DNA of 64,000 nt, taken from the NCBI RefSeq assembly GCF_009914755.1, contig NC_060928.1; one strand, 5' to 3'. Both the position numbers and the translations under genes were made by a program. This stretch comes from the human T2T-CHM13v2.0 reference genome, Homo sapiens. This document shows, piece after piece, positions 1-18,191 of this stretch; positions within the stretch are counted from its first letter, which is position 1; every line of letters begins with the position of its first letter. The notes under the pieces are model-generated. The model saw only the letters and a list, made by a program, of their open reading frames with translations. It was not told the DNA's origin and searched no databases.

Positions 1-874
1 TCTTCTGAATGTGATTCTTATGAATAAAGGTAGCTATTTTTTGGAAGGCCATGGAAAACAGGTGGCAGGTCTGTTAGATTAATTATTTGGAAGAAATTTG
101 TTAAATTGCAGTTCTTTTTTTAAGAATGCATTTTCCTGAGAGTCCTATTTGATCAGTATTATAATGTTGTTATACTTTTTTTGTGTTTATAAATATTTTC
201 ACTCAACCACTTTAAATATGTTGTGAAACAAGGTCCAAAGTATAAATAAATTGCAATATACCCAACTCAGACTCTTTATGTATCAGACTTTCATTGAATT
301 TTGAAAATATTTATTAATTTAAAAAGTCATATTTCAGCCTTGGGGAATATCAGATTAATTGCAAATTAATTGCATAGGTTCCACTATGATTGAAAATTTA
401 GTGGCGAATTCTGCATTTATGTAAAGTAAGCCTGGAGGCTACAGCTAGAACATTTTGTTATTTTAAATAGGAGAATTTATTCCTAAAACAGGCTCTCCAA
501 AATCCTTCTGTTGGCTTCTCTGCTGCTTTGCTAAATATAAAGTAAAAATATGGTTGCTCCAGTTTGGAAGGTTTCAGGATTTTGTGGAGTACTTCCACGG
601 TAGCTGTTGAGATGTGTTGTATGCATCCACTTGGGCACTTGCTTAGACTTGTCATCAGTCCAGAAGGACACCTGTGCCCCATTGAAAATGAGCATTGTCA
701 TTATCTAATATTCTGTTGAATTGCTCATTAGCTGGGAGGGTACTATTATTAGTGGTGGTAGTAAGGATTTACTGAGTACTAAAAGTGAGAATGGAATTAT
801 ACGTTGAATTGGTTTTTGAGGTCTTTTTTAAAAAACTGTTTTATTATCATCCATTTCTTTCACATCAGTTTTAT

Positions 875-1412
875 AGGACTTCATATTCATTTTCTTCCAT
901 AACAAATTGCCATCTCTGCCATAACAAATTACCACAAACTTTGAGGCTTAAAACTATACAAGTTTTTCATTTCACAGTTCAGTAGGCGAGTAGTCTGACA
1001 TGGATCTCACTGGGCTAAAATCAAGGTATTGGCAGTTTATTTTCTGGAGGCTCTAGGGGATAATCCATTTCCTTGCAATCCCCAGCTTCAAGAGGCCACC
1101 CACATTCTTTAGCTCATGGCCCTCATCCTTCATCTTCAAAGCAATGGCTGGTTGCTTGAATTTCTTCAGTGTCATTTTCCCATATCTGTGTGATGCAGTT
1201 GGGAAGGGGAAAAGACTCTCACTTTTAAGGATGCATGTGATTAGATTGGGCCCACGTAGATAATCTAGGATAACTCTCCATCTCAAGGTCTTTAACCTTA
1301 TCTCGTCTGCAAGGTCTTTTTTTTTTTTTTTTTGCCATGTAAGGTAATATATTCACAAGATTTGGGAATTAGGATATGGGTCTCTTTGAGGCATTATTAT
1401 TCTGACTACCAC
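875..1412 (-). mobile_element. MaLR solo LTR (MLT1C/D-like)
   Basis: Motifs cataacaaattaccacaaact...ggcttaaaac, gggctaaaatcaaggt, ttctggaggctctagggga and the end ctgactaccaca are typical of antisense MLT1. Confidence 0.75.
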
Positions 1413-1591
1413 AGAACCGGAACATCTTTCCAGAATACTATTACACTAATTTAAAACTTTTATGGTTAGAAGAGTACAGACATGATCTGAATTAATGCTG
1501 AGAAAATTACATCACCTCTAGTTCTTTTTATCTTCAAATTCTTATCTGCCATTACCTGGTAAATATATTTTCTTAGATATTTTGTAAGCAC

Positions 1592-2077
1592 CTTGTTAGC
1601 TTTTGCTATGTAACAAACCACTCCACAATTATTTATCATTGCCCACATATCTATGGGTCAGCTGACATAGGCTGGGTTTGATGGATATCTCTGATGACCT
1701 TGGCTGGACTTGTAGTGCATCTGTAAGTTTGCAGGTAAGCTGAGAATCATCTCATGTAGCCTGGGGCTCTGTGGAGGCAGCTCTGTTCCACATGTTTCTC
1801 ATCCTTCTACCTTTGAGCTAGCCTAGGCATGTTCTTCTAATGAAAAGGCAGAAATGCAAACATGAAAGTAGAAACATGTGAAACTTCTTTTGGCCTAAGC
1901 ATAGAGCAGGGAAACTGTCATCTTTGCTTTATTCTGTCAGCCAAAAGTAGTCACATGGACAAATAAAGGGGCTGGGAAATATACTCCTCTTTAGTGGGAG
2001 GAACAGCAAAGTCATTTAGCAAAGGGCTTGAATGGAAAGGAGGTAAAGAATTGGGACCAATGATACAATTGACCCAT
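1592..2077 (-). mobile_element. Older MaLR LTR (MLT1G/H/I-like)
   Basis: ttagcttttgctatgtaacaaaccactcc, gggtcagctg, tagtcacatggac...ctcctctttagtgggaggaacagcaaagtca. Confidence 0.6.
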
Positions 2078-2264
2078 ACTCAAACTTCATATCCCCCAAA
2101 CTTGAACTAATCTCTGTGACTGCCTCCCTCACCAGAAACCTGTTTTGCCCTCTTTATTTCTGATCTTAGTTAATGATTCTATTCTATGCCTAGTCACCCA
2201 AGCTAGATACCTAGGAAGTATTTTGGAGTCTTTATTCTCTCCTTTTCCCATCTTCAATATTTAC

Positions 2265-2562
2265 TTTTTTTTTTTTTTTTTTTGAGACAGGGTCTCACTC
2301 TGTCACCTACCTGGAGTGCACTGACATAATCAGCTCACTGCAGTCTCAGACTCCTGAGCTCAGGTGATCCTTCCAAATCAGCCTCCTAAGTAGCTGGGAC
2401 CACAGGTGTGTACCACTATGCCCAGCTAATTTTTTTGATTTGGTAGAGGCAGGGTCTTGCTATATTGCCCAGGCTGGTCTTGAACTCCTGGCCTCAAACA
2501 GTCCTCCTGCCTTGGCCTCCCAAAGTGCTGGAATTGCAGGCGTGAGCCCTCGTGCTTGGCCC
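2265..2562 (-). mobile_element. Alu (AluJ-like)
   Basis: Poly-T followed by gagacagggtctcactctgtc...cccaaagtgctgg...ggcc. Confidence 0.9.
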
Positions 2563-2861
2563 AGTATTTAGCTTGACAAGTATTCTCTAATCTGCCATCT
2601 TTTCCAGTCTTATTACTGTTGCTACTCTGGTTCAGGTTCTCATATCTCTGAGAAGAAAGGGCGGGAACAGACTCTTAATTGTTTTCAATCCTACTTCCTT
2701 CAGGTCTCTCTCTTATATTGCAGCCAGAATACCTTGCCTAAAATACAGATGTTACTCCTGTTTACTGACTTCTTATTGCCTCTAGAGGATGCCCCCCTAT
2801 GCTCTGTCTTTTCTAACCTCATCTTCCACTCTTGCCTGCCTTCTCTTTTACCGTTTTAGTT

Positions 2862-3020
2862 CAGAAGTCAGCAAACTTTGGCGAGTCAGCCAATCTTGTT
2901 TACCGACTATATTTGCACTACAGTGGCAGCGTTGAGTCATTGCAGCAGAGAACATATGGCTCACAAAGCTAAAACATTTACTATCTGGTCCTTTACAGAA
3001 AAAGTTTGCCAACTCTGCTC
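2862..3020 (+). mobile_element. MER58-type hAT-Charlie MITE
   Basis: cagaagtcagcaaact...aaaacatttactatctggtcctttacagaaaaagtttgccaactctg. Confidence 0.75.
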
Positions 3021-3117
3021 TAGTCATGTAGAACTTATAATAGCTTCCTTCTTATACCATTTTATTTTGTGCCTCAGTACTTTTTATTACGTTGTTTCTT
3101 TACCTGGCTAACTCTAT

Positions 3118-3657
3118 TATTTTTTAAATAATGGCTTTATTAAGGTATCATATAATTACATATCACACAATTCACCCATTTAAAGTGTACAGTTCATTGG
3201 TTGTTAGTATACTCACAGTTGTGCAGCCATCACTGTAATCAGTTTTAGAGCATTTTCATTGCTTTCCCAGAGAACCCCATGCCCATGAGCATTCACTTCT
3301 TGTTCCCCTAACCTCCTCTTCTAGCACTAGACAACCACCAGATCTACTTTTTAGTCTCTTAGGTTTGCTCATTCTTGATATTTGGTATAAATGGAATAAT
3401 ATGTGGGCTTTTGTGACTGGCTTCTTTCACTTAGCTTAATGTTTTTAGGGTTCATGCGTGTTGTAGCATTGATCAATATTTCATTCTTTTATTAATTGTT
3501 GATTAATATTCCATTATATGGACATACCACATTTTATGTATCCATTCATCAGTTGATAGACATTTGGGTTGTTTCTACTTTTTGGCTGTTATGAATAATG
3601 CTGCTAAGAACATTTGTGTACTAGATTTTGTGTCATATGTTTTCACTTCTTTGGGGT
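3118..3657 (-). mobile_element. L1MB-type 3' end fragment
   Basis: ttcacccatttaaagtgtacagttca, tggcttctttcacttagc, catcagttgatagacatttgggttgttt. Confidence 0.8.
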
Positions 3658-4009
3658 GCTAACACTTCCTTATCCATTAAGAATTGACTTTGAGGTCATT
3701 TCCTCTATAACTTTTCCCTAGCCTCCTAGGCTGGATTGAATGTCTTTTCTGTCAGGCTCTGATGATGCTCTTGTATTACTACATTATATTGAAATGACCT
3801 GTTAGTATGTCTTTCTGATCTACTCCTCTGTAAGTTTCTGGAGAGCAGCATCAGTGCGGTAATTCAACTTATTCATGACTTCAGACATTGGAAAAGTTCA
3901 CTTCATGTTTGTTGAATTAGAAAAACTGTAAAGCAGTCTATGCTTTTGAATTAAAATATAATTCATCCTTTGTTTTTTTTTCTCTTATGTACACTGGCTT
4001 TTTTTTTAA

Positions 4010-4336
<327 letters not shown>

Positions 4337-4380
4337 TAAAATAAGTTTACCTGTGAACAGTGGCTGTATGAATTGGTGTT

Positions 4381-4697
4381 TCTTTATTTTATTTTATTGT
4401 TATTATTATTTTTGAGACAGGGTCTTCTTGCCGTGTTGCCCAGGCTGGAGTGCGGTGGTATGATCTCAGCTCACTGCAGACTCCACCTCCCGGGCTCAGG
4501 TGATCCTGCCACCTCAGCTTCCTGAGTAGCTGGGACTACAGGTGTGTTCTACCACGCCCAGCTAATTTTTGTACTTTTAGTACAGATGAGGTTTCCCCAT
4601 TTTGCCCAGGCTGGTTTTGAACTCTGGGGCTCAAGCACTCTGCGCTCCTTGGCCTCCCAAAGTGCTGGGATTACATGCATGAGCCACTGTGCCTGGC
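4381..4697 (-). mobile_element. Alu (AluJ-like), about 60 bp downstream of exon 3
   Basis: Full antisense dimer. Confidence 0.9.
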
Positions 4698-5018
4698 CTC
4701 TTAATTTTAAAAATTATTGCCTCTCATAATTTTTAGAAAACTTCATGCTCTTTCTGTACTTTAGCATGAAAAATATGTTTGTTCATTTAAAAATTTTCCA
4801 AATATAAAATTTGTTGAAAACACTCTAGAGAGTTAACATAGATTTCCTATTTCCTCTAAGAGAGTCACTAGTATAAATTTCAACAAAAGTAGTGTTAAAA
4901 TTAACGGAGGTATCACTGTAACTTTGAAAAGTGATTTAAACTGCCTAGGTGGCATGTTTCTTCTCTGTAAATGAGGGCTCTGGATTAGCTCAGTGTCCTT
5001 CAGATGTGTTCCTTGGGG

Positions 5019-5081
5019 TCGCACCACTGCACTCCAGCCTGGGCGACAGAGCAAGACTCCATCTCAAAAAAAAAAAAAAAA
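5019..5081 (+). mobile_element. Alu 3' fragment
   Basis: tcgcaccactgcactccagcctgggcgacagagcaagactccatctc followed by poly-A. Confidence 0.85.
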
Positions 5082-6076
5082 GAGAATTTGTCTCTCCTTG
5101 TCTATAAAGAAATCCCGAGGAGGATGTTTCTACTCAAAATAAGGTTTTTCTAAAAATATTGATCCTTCAATCAGTTTTATTAGGGGAACAACCACCTTTT
5201 CTTCCAAACCTTAAGGCTGCAACAAAACTTTGGAGGGCCTAGAACTTGTTTCTCTGTAAAATCTCCCTGAGAGATCTAGGCCTCAGGCCTCAATAGTTCC
5301 TGGTCAAAATGACTAGACAGATTAGTTTAGTGGTCCTGTAAAATCTCCACCTGTATTAGCGTGCCTCAAATGCATGCCATTGTTTATTTAGGATTTTCCA
5401 ATTGACTTTCTAAATAAATCTGAAAGTGATGATGGTCTAGGTTGTTTCAAAAATAGAGTCACTCAGAAGATCCCTTTAGGCTCGACATTTTGTCTTGGGT
5501 TTAGGGTTTACAATTCCTGATAGTTTAGAGCCAATGATGGCAATTGGGGGTGACCTACTGGGCAGATCAGCTGGATATTGTCTATTGTTCAGCATGTACA
5601 GCTGTAGTCATGTCTCCCTGATGGTGTCAGAAGATTACATGGGTTTAAAACAAATTTAATTGAAGATAGCAAACATTTATTATACATCAGATGGAAAGCA
5701 TTGTACTAGTGCTGGGGAAGATGTTGATATGCAAACACATTTCATAATATTTGAGAGACTGTGATGAATGATGTAGAGATAGAAGCCAAGTGGCATGGGA
5801 TTATGAAGCTGGAAAAAGAGATTTTAGTTTTTTATTCTCAAAAAAATATAATCTTGAAAAAGTTTCTTGAAAAAAAAATAATCTGTTGTGCTTTAAATTG
5901 TAATCGATGAATAGTAATTCATGAATAGTAATCAATGAATAGTTCTGAATTAATGGAAGAACATAGAGTAGAATCAGAACACTGAAAACAAAACATGTCC
6001 GTTCTTGTTTTATATAGAGTGTGTGAAATAGAAAAGATTAACTTTACGTAATTATTTTTCCTTGTCATGTGTTTAG

Positions 6077-6486
<410 letters not shown>

Positions 6487-7000
6487 CATCATTTAATTTT
6501 TTTTAGAGATCACAAATTAATCATTAATTATTAACCAATCATTAGCACCCTGAATAAATGGAGTTAGAGAAAATCCTAGCATTCACCTAGTCTTATTTTC
6601 CCCATTTGGAGCTCAAAACATTTAGATGATTTATTTGAGGTTATATTATTAGCTTGAGAAAGAGCTAAATTAGAACATTAGTTTCATCATTACTAGAATG
6701 CTACATTGTGTTTCTCACAAGAAACTGAAAAGTGGAATTTATCAATTTATCCTATTAACTGCTGCTTTCTGTTCAAACTTCTCTCCCCAGACAACAAGAT
6801 TATTTTAAAGCAATGGAACCATTTAGTACTGTGGTGCCTTAGAAACCACAACTTTCAAAAGTATCTAGTCTTTATAAAACTGTCCTAAATAAATGTTTGT
6901 TTATAATGTGTTTATGATTTTTTTTTAATCATCCACAAACTATAATGGTTCTGAATGTAATATCCCTGATGCATTTAATTGAAAATTCATGCATTCAGTT

Positions 7001-7909
<909 letters not shown>

Positions 7910-8040
7910 ACATTTTCAATTAAAAATAAAAGCTACAATTTGTACTTTGAACTGTGATATTATTTCTGACAACATACTTCAAAGCAGACTGAATATATTT
8001 AAAATTAATGATTGATTTTCAAATTATTGTGTTTTGGTAG

Positions 8041-8136
<96 letters not shown>

Positions 8137-8311
8137 TAAGTATAGAGATGATTCTGTTATCTTTACCATTCATTGATCTGTTATATGTGGAACACTAGTC
8201 TCATATCTTATGATAAATAGTTAATAGGTCTTTATAAGAGCAGGAAAAAAATTTCCAACTTTCTTCAGTTTCAAAATCAAGCTAGGAGAAAACTATCCAG
8301 ACAGTCTGATT

Positions 8312-8649
<338 letters not shown>

Positions 8650-9044
8650 TGATATTGATTATACTTGAATTATTATTGTGATTATTATTATTATTACTAT
8701 TTTTCGCTTCTTTTTTGTCTGAGAGTTTTGTGGATAGATAGGAAAGGGCAGTGTGACTCTGGTTTTGAATGTAAGGTTTAAAATGAAATCCACAAGGTCG
8801 CATGGATTTCATTGATACCCATGGACACCTCTATTCATGTTTTGAAGATCAAATATTTGTTTTTTTTCTTGGAGTGAAGGTGTAATTCACTTAGTAGATT
8901 ATAAAGTATGGTATCTGCCCTCTATAATGTTGGTGCTTTTGGTTCCTCTTAACTTTTAGCTTCTAATCCTTTCAGAATGGCATAGACTCAGTATGGTAGC
9001 AACAAGTGATTATGTAGCCTGCCTTTAGAAGGTAACAGAGCTTC

Positions 9045-9372
9045 GCTGGACGCAGTGGCTCATGCCTGTAATCTCAGCACTTTGGGAGGCTGAGGTGGGC
9101 AGATCACTTGAGGCCAGGAGTTTGGGACCAGCCTGGCCAACACGGTGAATCCCCACCTCTACTAAAAATACAAAAATTAGCCAGGCGTGGTGGCACATGC
9201 CTGTAATCCTAGCTACTTGGGAGGCTGAGGCACAAGAATCTCTTGAACCCAGGAGGCGGAGTTTGCAGTGAGCCGAGATTGCGCCTACACTCCAGCCTAG
9301 GCAACAGAGCGAGACTCTGTCTCCAAAAAAATAAATAAATAAAATAAATAAACAAACAAATAAATAAGAAAA
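9045..9372 (+). mobile_element. Alu (AluS), sense
   Basis: Full dimer with (AAAT)n tail; TSD taacagagctt at 9033-9043 and 9373-9383. Confidence 0.92.
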
Positions 9373-9529
9373 TAACAGAGCTTGGAGAGCCTCTTTGAAA
9401 ATGAGAACTTTTTTTTTCCTTTTTAGGAAGTAGGAAGAAGAGGCATGGAGTTATTTCTGAAAATATAAAAGATTTTTCTTAGGGTTCTCTCTAAAAGTTC
9501 CTCCTCTAGATAAAATCCTTTATTATAAA

Positions 9530-11683
<2,154 letters not shown>

Positions 11684-12144
11684 TAGACAGGAAATAGTGA
11701 TTTGAAAATTTATCCTTTGTCCCATATTCAAATTTTCATTTGGGGAACTTTTAACTGGGCTCATCCTTTGAGGTAAACAGCAGTGCTCATAGTTTGTTTT
11801 TTTCCCACCCCTAAAAGTACTCTAAATTTGGTGAGGATTCTGGATTTTAAATAAAGAGGGTCTTCAGAATGATTTTTGGTTGCAGAACTAGTGGAAAGTA
11901 GGAAGAGTATGCTTTAATACAGGTTCTAGGCCAGAGTCAGTGGGACTCAGTTCTTTCTGTTGTATTATTAATTTTAATTAAAAAATTATTAAAACTTTTA
12001 ATTATTAAAAAATAATCATCACAAATGTTTGGTAATTTGAGAATAGAGCTGGGTCTCTAGAATCAGAGAACTAATCTTGAGTTTGTATACAGCTTTCTAT
12101 TTTCTTCTTGCAACCACTAAAGTTACCTTGTAGAACTGTCATAG

Positions 12145-13251
<1,107 letters not shown>

Positions 13252-13554
13252 GTAGTAATTTCTTAGATAACACATTCATTTATTAAATTTATTTTACTTT
13301 ATTTTGAAACATCACAGATATGCCTGGTTCTGAGTGATTTTAAAGTAACTTCATATTTTTACTTGTCTCTAAGAGCTTGATTTCCATCCACAGTTTTTTA
13401 TTATTCCAAGATACAGTCCTACTTATAGCATAACTTCCAAACATAATTTTAATTTAAAGGAACATGTCATAGAATTAGGATTGGAAAATCTTGAAATAGA
13501 AATCTCACATACAGTTCTTTGACATTTAGAAATTGCCTCTGCTTTCCTATTTCC

Positions 13555-13795
13555 AGTGATGAGACCCCTGGTTCTGGACCCACACTGCCTGTTTTTCAAT
13601 TCTAGCTCTGCCTCTTAGGTGTGTACAGACTGACTCATCCTCCCTGATCCCTCAGTTTTTTTTATCTGGAATGTGTGGTCAATACTGGTACCTGTCTCAA
13701 GGTTTGTTATGAAGACTGGATGTTCTAAATTATATTAAATATTTAGCAGAATGCTTGGCACATGAGAAGTGCCCATTTAATGTAAGTTGTTGTTA
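13555..13795 (+). mobile_element. MIR
   Basis: ttctagctctgcc...ctcagttttttt.atctg...gttatgaagact...agcagaatgcttggcacat. Confidence 0.65.
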
Positions 13796-13988
13796 AGGAG
13801 AGGTATGTTATTTAAGGACTAAAAATTTGTGCAAAGAATAGTAACAGAAGGATAAAATTCCATAGTCATTGCTTAATTTTGTCAGAATTCAAGTTTTTAA
13901 TTCACCGTGTACCCCTAAATCAAGGCTTTGAATGGCATATTGTAAGATTTCATACAAAGGGAATCATTGGTAAAATATTTCTTGCTTG

Positions 13989-14220
13989 GGCAGTGGCACG
14001 ATCTTGGCTTACTGCAACCTCTGCCTTCCTGGCTTCAAGCAATCCTCCCACCTCAGCCTCCCGGTTACCTGGGACTACAGATGTGTGCCACCACGCCCGG
14101 CTAGTTTTTATATTTTTTGTAGAGACAGGATTTTGCCTTGTTGCCCAGGCTAATTTCAAACTCCTGAGCTCAATTGATTTGCCTGCCTTGGCCTCCCAAA
14201 GTGCTGGGATTACAGGTGTG
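13989..14220 (-). mobile_element. Alu internal fragment lacking the tail and the 5' end
   Basis: Begins at gcagtggcacgatc and stops at ggattacaggtgtg; no poly-T and no TSD. Confidence 0.85.
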
Positions 14221-14932
14221 GAGTTTAAGTGGAGTATATTGTATGTTTTAAGTAGAGTATATTAAGTAGAGTTTAAGTGGAGTATATTGTAGTAGTATAA
14301 TAGTTATTTTAGGTGCTTGCCTGAATTAATAAAAATGTTTTCTAAAAATTGAATATTAATTCCTTTGTTCTGAGAATGGATATAGAGTATGGATAATAAA
14401 CTATAAGTGAACTTGTCTTTGATCACCACGTCTTCTTTTATTCTTAGTTATCGGTGGTAAGGAAAATTTCAGTTTCAGTTCTTTGTGAAAGTAATTATAA
14501 ATTCAATTCTCTGATGCTCTAAATTTAGGAAGCTAGTGGTTGCTAGTGAGTTTGGCAGTTAGTGGTTATTAATTTTACATGTGATCTGTTGCAAAAGTTT
14601 CAGCTTTTGTAGGTTCCTTCAGTTTTAATAAATATATGAATTTAACTTTGTGGGATTCTGTAAGCCATGCACACATTCATTGCTGTGTTGTGACTTGTAA
14701 CACTTTTGCCTAACACAACCCAAAGGAAGAAACCATTAATTTTTTTTTTTAAGGATGTGGCTGTTTTTAAAGGAAAATGTTTTACTTCTGATGGTTTTTA
14801 TAATTGACAGGTGTATTTGTATGATCTTTGTGTTTGAAGAAAAGAATTGTGCTTAATGTCTGTTTTCTGAATTATAAAGGAAATGACTACATTGTACTTT
14901 TTCAGAACGATAAAGCTTTTCATCTCATCTGA

Positions 14933-15214
<282 letters not shown>

Positions 15215-15409
15215 TGATTTTTTTCCCCCGCTTTGGCATTAATACTGGTAATCTAATATGATTTGAAAACCTAGTTACTTTATAATACCAGTTTTTAAAA
15301 TGTAGATCAAAGTCTAGCTCCCAATTAGTGGAATGTATTATTTACTCAGTATATTATCATCATACTGTTTTATTGGCTTTTATCCCTGTTTATCAATATA
15401 ATATGTATG

Positions 15410-16345
15410 CCCATTTATTTAAAAGTGTTCAACATATGTATGAATGTTGACCATATGCATGGCTCTGAAGGTAATTTCTCTTAAGAAATTTTCCCCTTAT
15501 GGATATTTTCTCCTTAAGAAATCTAATAAGAAAGTTAAGGTCACTAAATAAGGAACTGTGTTATAAAGTGTGAGGTATTATATAATAAATTAAAAAAGTG
15601 CTAGGGGTGTTCAGTGGAGGTGGAGTTTACACATAGGTGAGGAATCAGGGAAGGCATCATAAAAGAGGTAACATTTAAACATAAAGGAGGTAACATTAGT
15701 TGGATGAATTGATTGAGGAGAATATTTTAAGTAGAAGGAATGTATTAATCATAGACACCAAAGTAAGTCAGAAATCATAGGCCAGGTACAAGAAATATTA
15801 ATTAGCTCTCTTTGACTGTGGGGAGTGGTACCCCTACATTGAAATAGAAGAGAATAATGGGAAATGATGTTGGAAAGGTAGATTGATGCCGTATTGAGAA
15901 GAACTTTGAATGATGGGCTAATGAGCATGAACATCTGCATTCTATATTCAGCAGGACTCAGAAGTTTTTGAGATGGGAGTGACATAATCTGTTCTTTAGA
16001 GCTTTAATCTGGCAAGAGGTTTTTAAGATAATTGAAACTAGAGACAGGGAAACCAGTTCAGGTACAATGGCAAGAGACTAATAAATGTAATGTTTAAGCT
16101 AAGGTCTTCATAACGAGACTGGAGTGAAATGTATAAATGTCAAGGATATTAGGACTTAGCAATTAATTGGGAATGGAGAGGTTGAGGGGGAGAAAAGGAA
16201 GAGTCAAATGATACTGAGGTTTTTTAAGTCTAGAGAACTCTCCTAATAAGTGTTATCATTAATGGAAACAGGGAGTACAATTGGGAGGAAAAACAAGTTC
16301 ACTTGCTGACACAGTTTGTTTTAGATAGTGCTGGATGTCTGGTAT
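15410..16345. mobile_element. Degenerate L2 fragment(s)
   Basis: gaggaatcagggaaggc...gaggtaacatttaaac, tagagacagggaaaccagt and gagtcaaatgatactgaggttt resemble L2. Confidence 0.55.
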
Positions 16346-17893
16346 ATTATTATTTCAAATAAAATTTTGTAGTGTAAACAGAACAAATATTTTAAAATTG
16401 TGTTAGTAGATTTGTCTTCAAATTTTAACTCTAGTTGAGCTAAAAAAATTCTGCTAAAATTTTTATATATCCTAGCCACTAACAACTTGTCTGAATTCTA
16501 GATCATGACCTGTAAATTAAATTCAAATGGACTTTCCAGTTCTTTTGTTGTGTTAGAGTTTTGTTTATTTTTGATAGCATGCATTAAGTCATAAATATTT
16601 ATTAGATTTTGAACTGGTGTCTGGCACTTTTTATTAGGGATTTCCCTTACAGCAGTGTTCATTATGGAGTCCAGTTTATATTCTTTCTTAAGTAAGACCT
16701 AAAACTGAACATATTTTAAAAATTAAACCAGAATTGCAGTTGAATTTGATGAAAATATTTCTCATAACTTTTTTGTTCTTAATTAAATTCAAGCTCAAAT
16801 CAGAGCAAAACAAACAGTACTAAATACAGTAAAAACCAAAAATGAATACTAATATGTTTGTATTCTAGATATCTAGCTCCTTGCTTTGCATGGTGATCTG
16901 ATTTTTAAAAGACATTAATTTTGTCACCTTTGCTACTTTATCCATTCTCTCTGTAACCCTTTTAGCTTCCTTTTTTTTTTTTTTTAGCCTTGAGGGTTTT
17001 TTTTTTCTCATTGGCATCTCAATATTTGGAACCTTTTTTAGTTTTCAAATACCTTATTTCTTTATTCCAAATAATAATTTTCCTAATAAAATGTTTATTA
17101 GTGAGCTTTACTTTATTTCTCCTTTCATAATGAATTGCAACTTCACATATCATGGTCAAGTACCTAAGTATGTTTTTCCCCCCTATTTGCGTAGGCACCT
17201 TGAGTGAAGAGATGGACCTTTTCCCTTCTCTGACACCTTCTTTTCACCCCAACATGATCTATTTAATGGCACTGGTAAAACATTTGTGTTCTTTAAACAT
17301 GAAAACAAACAACCTGTCAAAAATGTTAAATGGAATACATCAGATGTGCATTAGAACAAATGAAGCTTCTATTATGCATTTTCAAAGCTCATTCAGATTC
17401 TTGTTTAAGAACATTTGATTCCCCCTATATCCAACAAAAGTCTTTAGTGTAAAATAGAAATTACATTTTGAGCAAGTGGAGAAAATTAAAAAACAAGCTC
17501 CTGCAGCTGAGCTCATTAGTTTCCCATTTCCAGTTTTACTAATGGGAGTGGGCGTGTGTACATTTTGCAGCTTGTTTAATGCTGCAGTTTTATTCGTTTT
17601 ATTTTAATTGCTTACATAACTGTAGGCAAGTTCTTTGTTTTTCAAATGCACATTTGGCTTGTTTTCTCAATATTTTTTGTTTTATTAAAAAAAATTAAAA
17701 CCTGTTTTTTTAAATTCCTTCTAAGAAATTTGGTTTTATTTTGCTTATCGTCTGGCTTCCTCCCCAATATAAGTACCCTCTGTAATTCTTTCATCTCTAA
17801 TATAGATATGTTTTGTTAATTAAAACTTTTTTATTTCTAATCCTATTTATAAATTAGCATTTAGAAACTAAAAACACTAGCGTGAAATATATC

Positions 17894-18191
17894 TTTTTTT
17901 TTTATGAGTCAGAGTTTCCCTCTGTCGCCCAGGCTGGAGTGCAGGGGTGCAGTCTCGGCTCACTGCAACCTCCGCCTCCTGGGTTCAAGTGAATCTGCCT
18001 CAGCCTCCCAAGTAGCTGCGATTACAGGAGCATGCCACCACACCCAGCTAGTATTTTGTATTTTTAGTAGACACATGTTGGCCAGGCTGGTCTCGAACTT
18101 CTGACCTCAGGTAATCTGCCTGCTTCAGCCTCCTAAAGTGCTTGGCCTCCCAAAGTGCTGGGATTACAGGCGTGAACCACTGTGCCCAGCC
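17894..18191 (-). mobile_element. AluS with a small internal deletion and a duplicated cctcc(t/c)aaagtgct
   Basis: Poly-T and dimer motifs. Confidence 0.88.
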
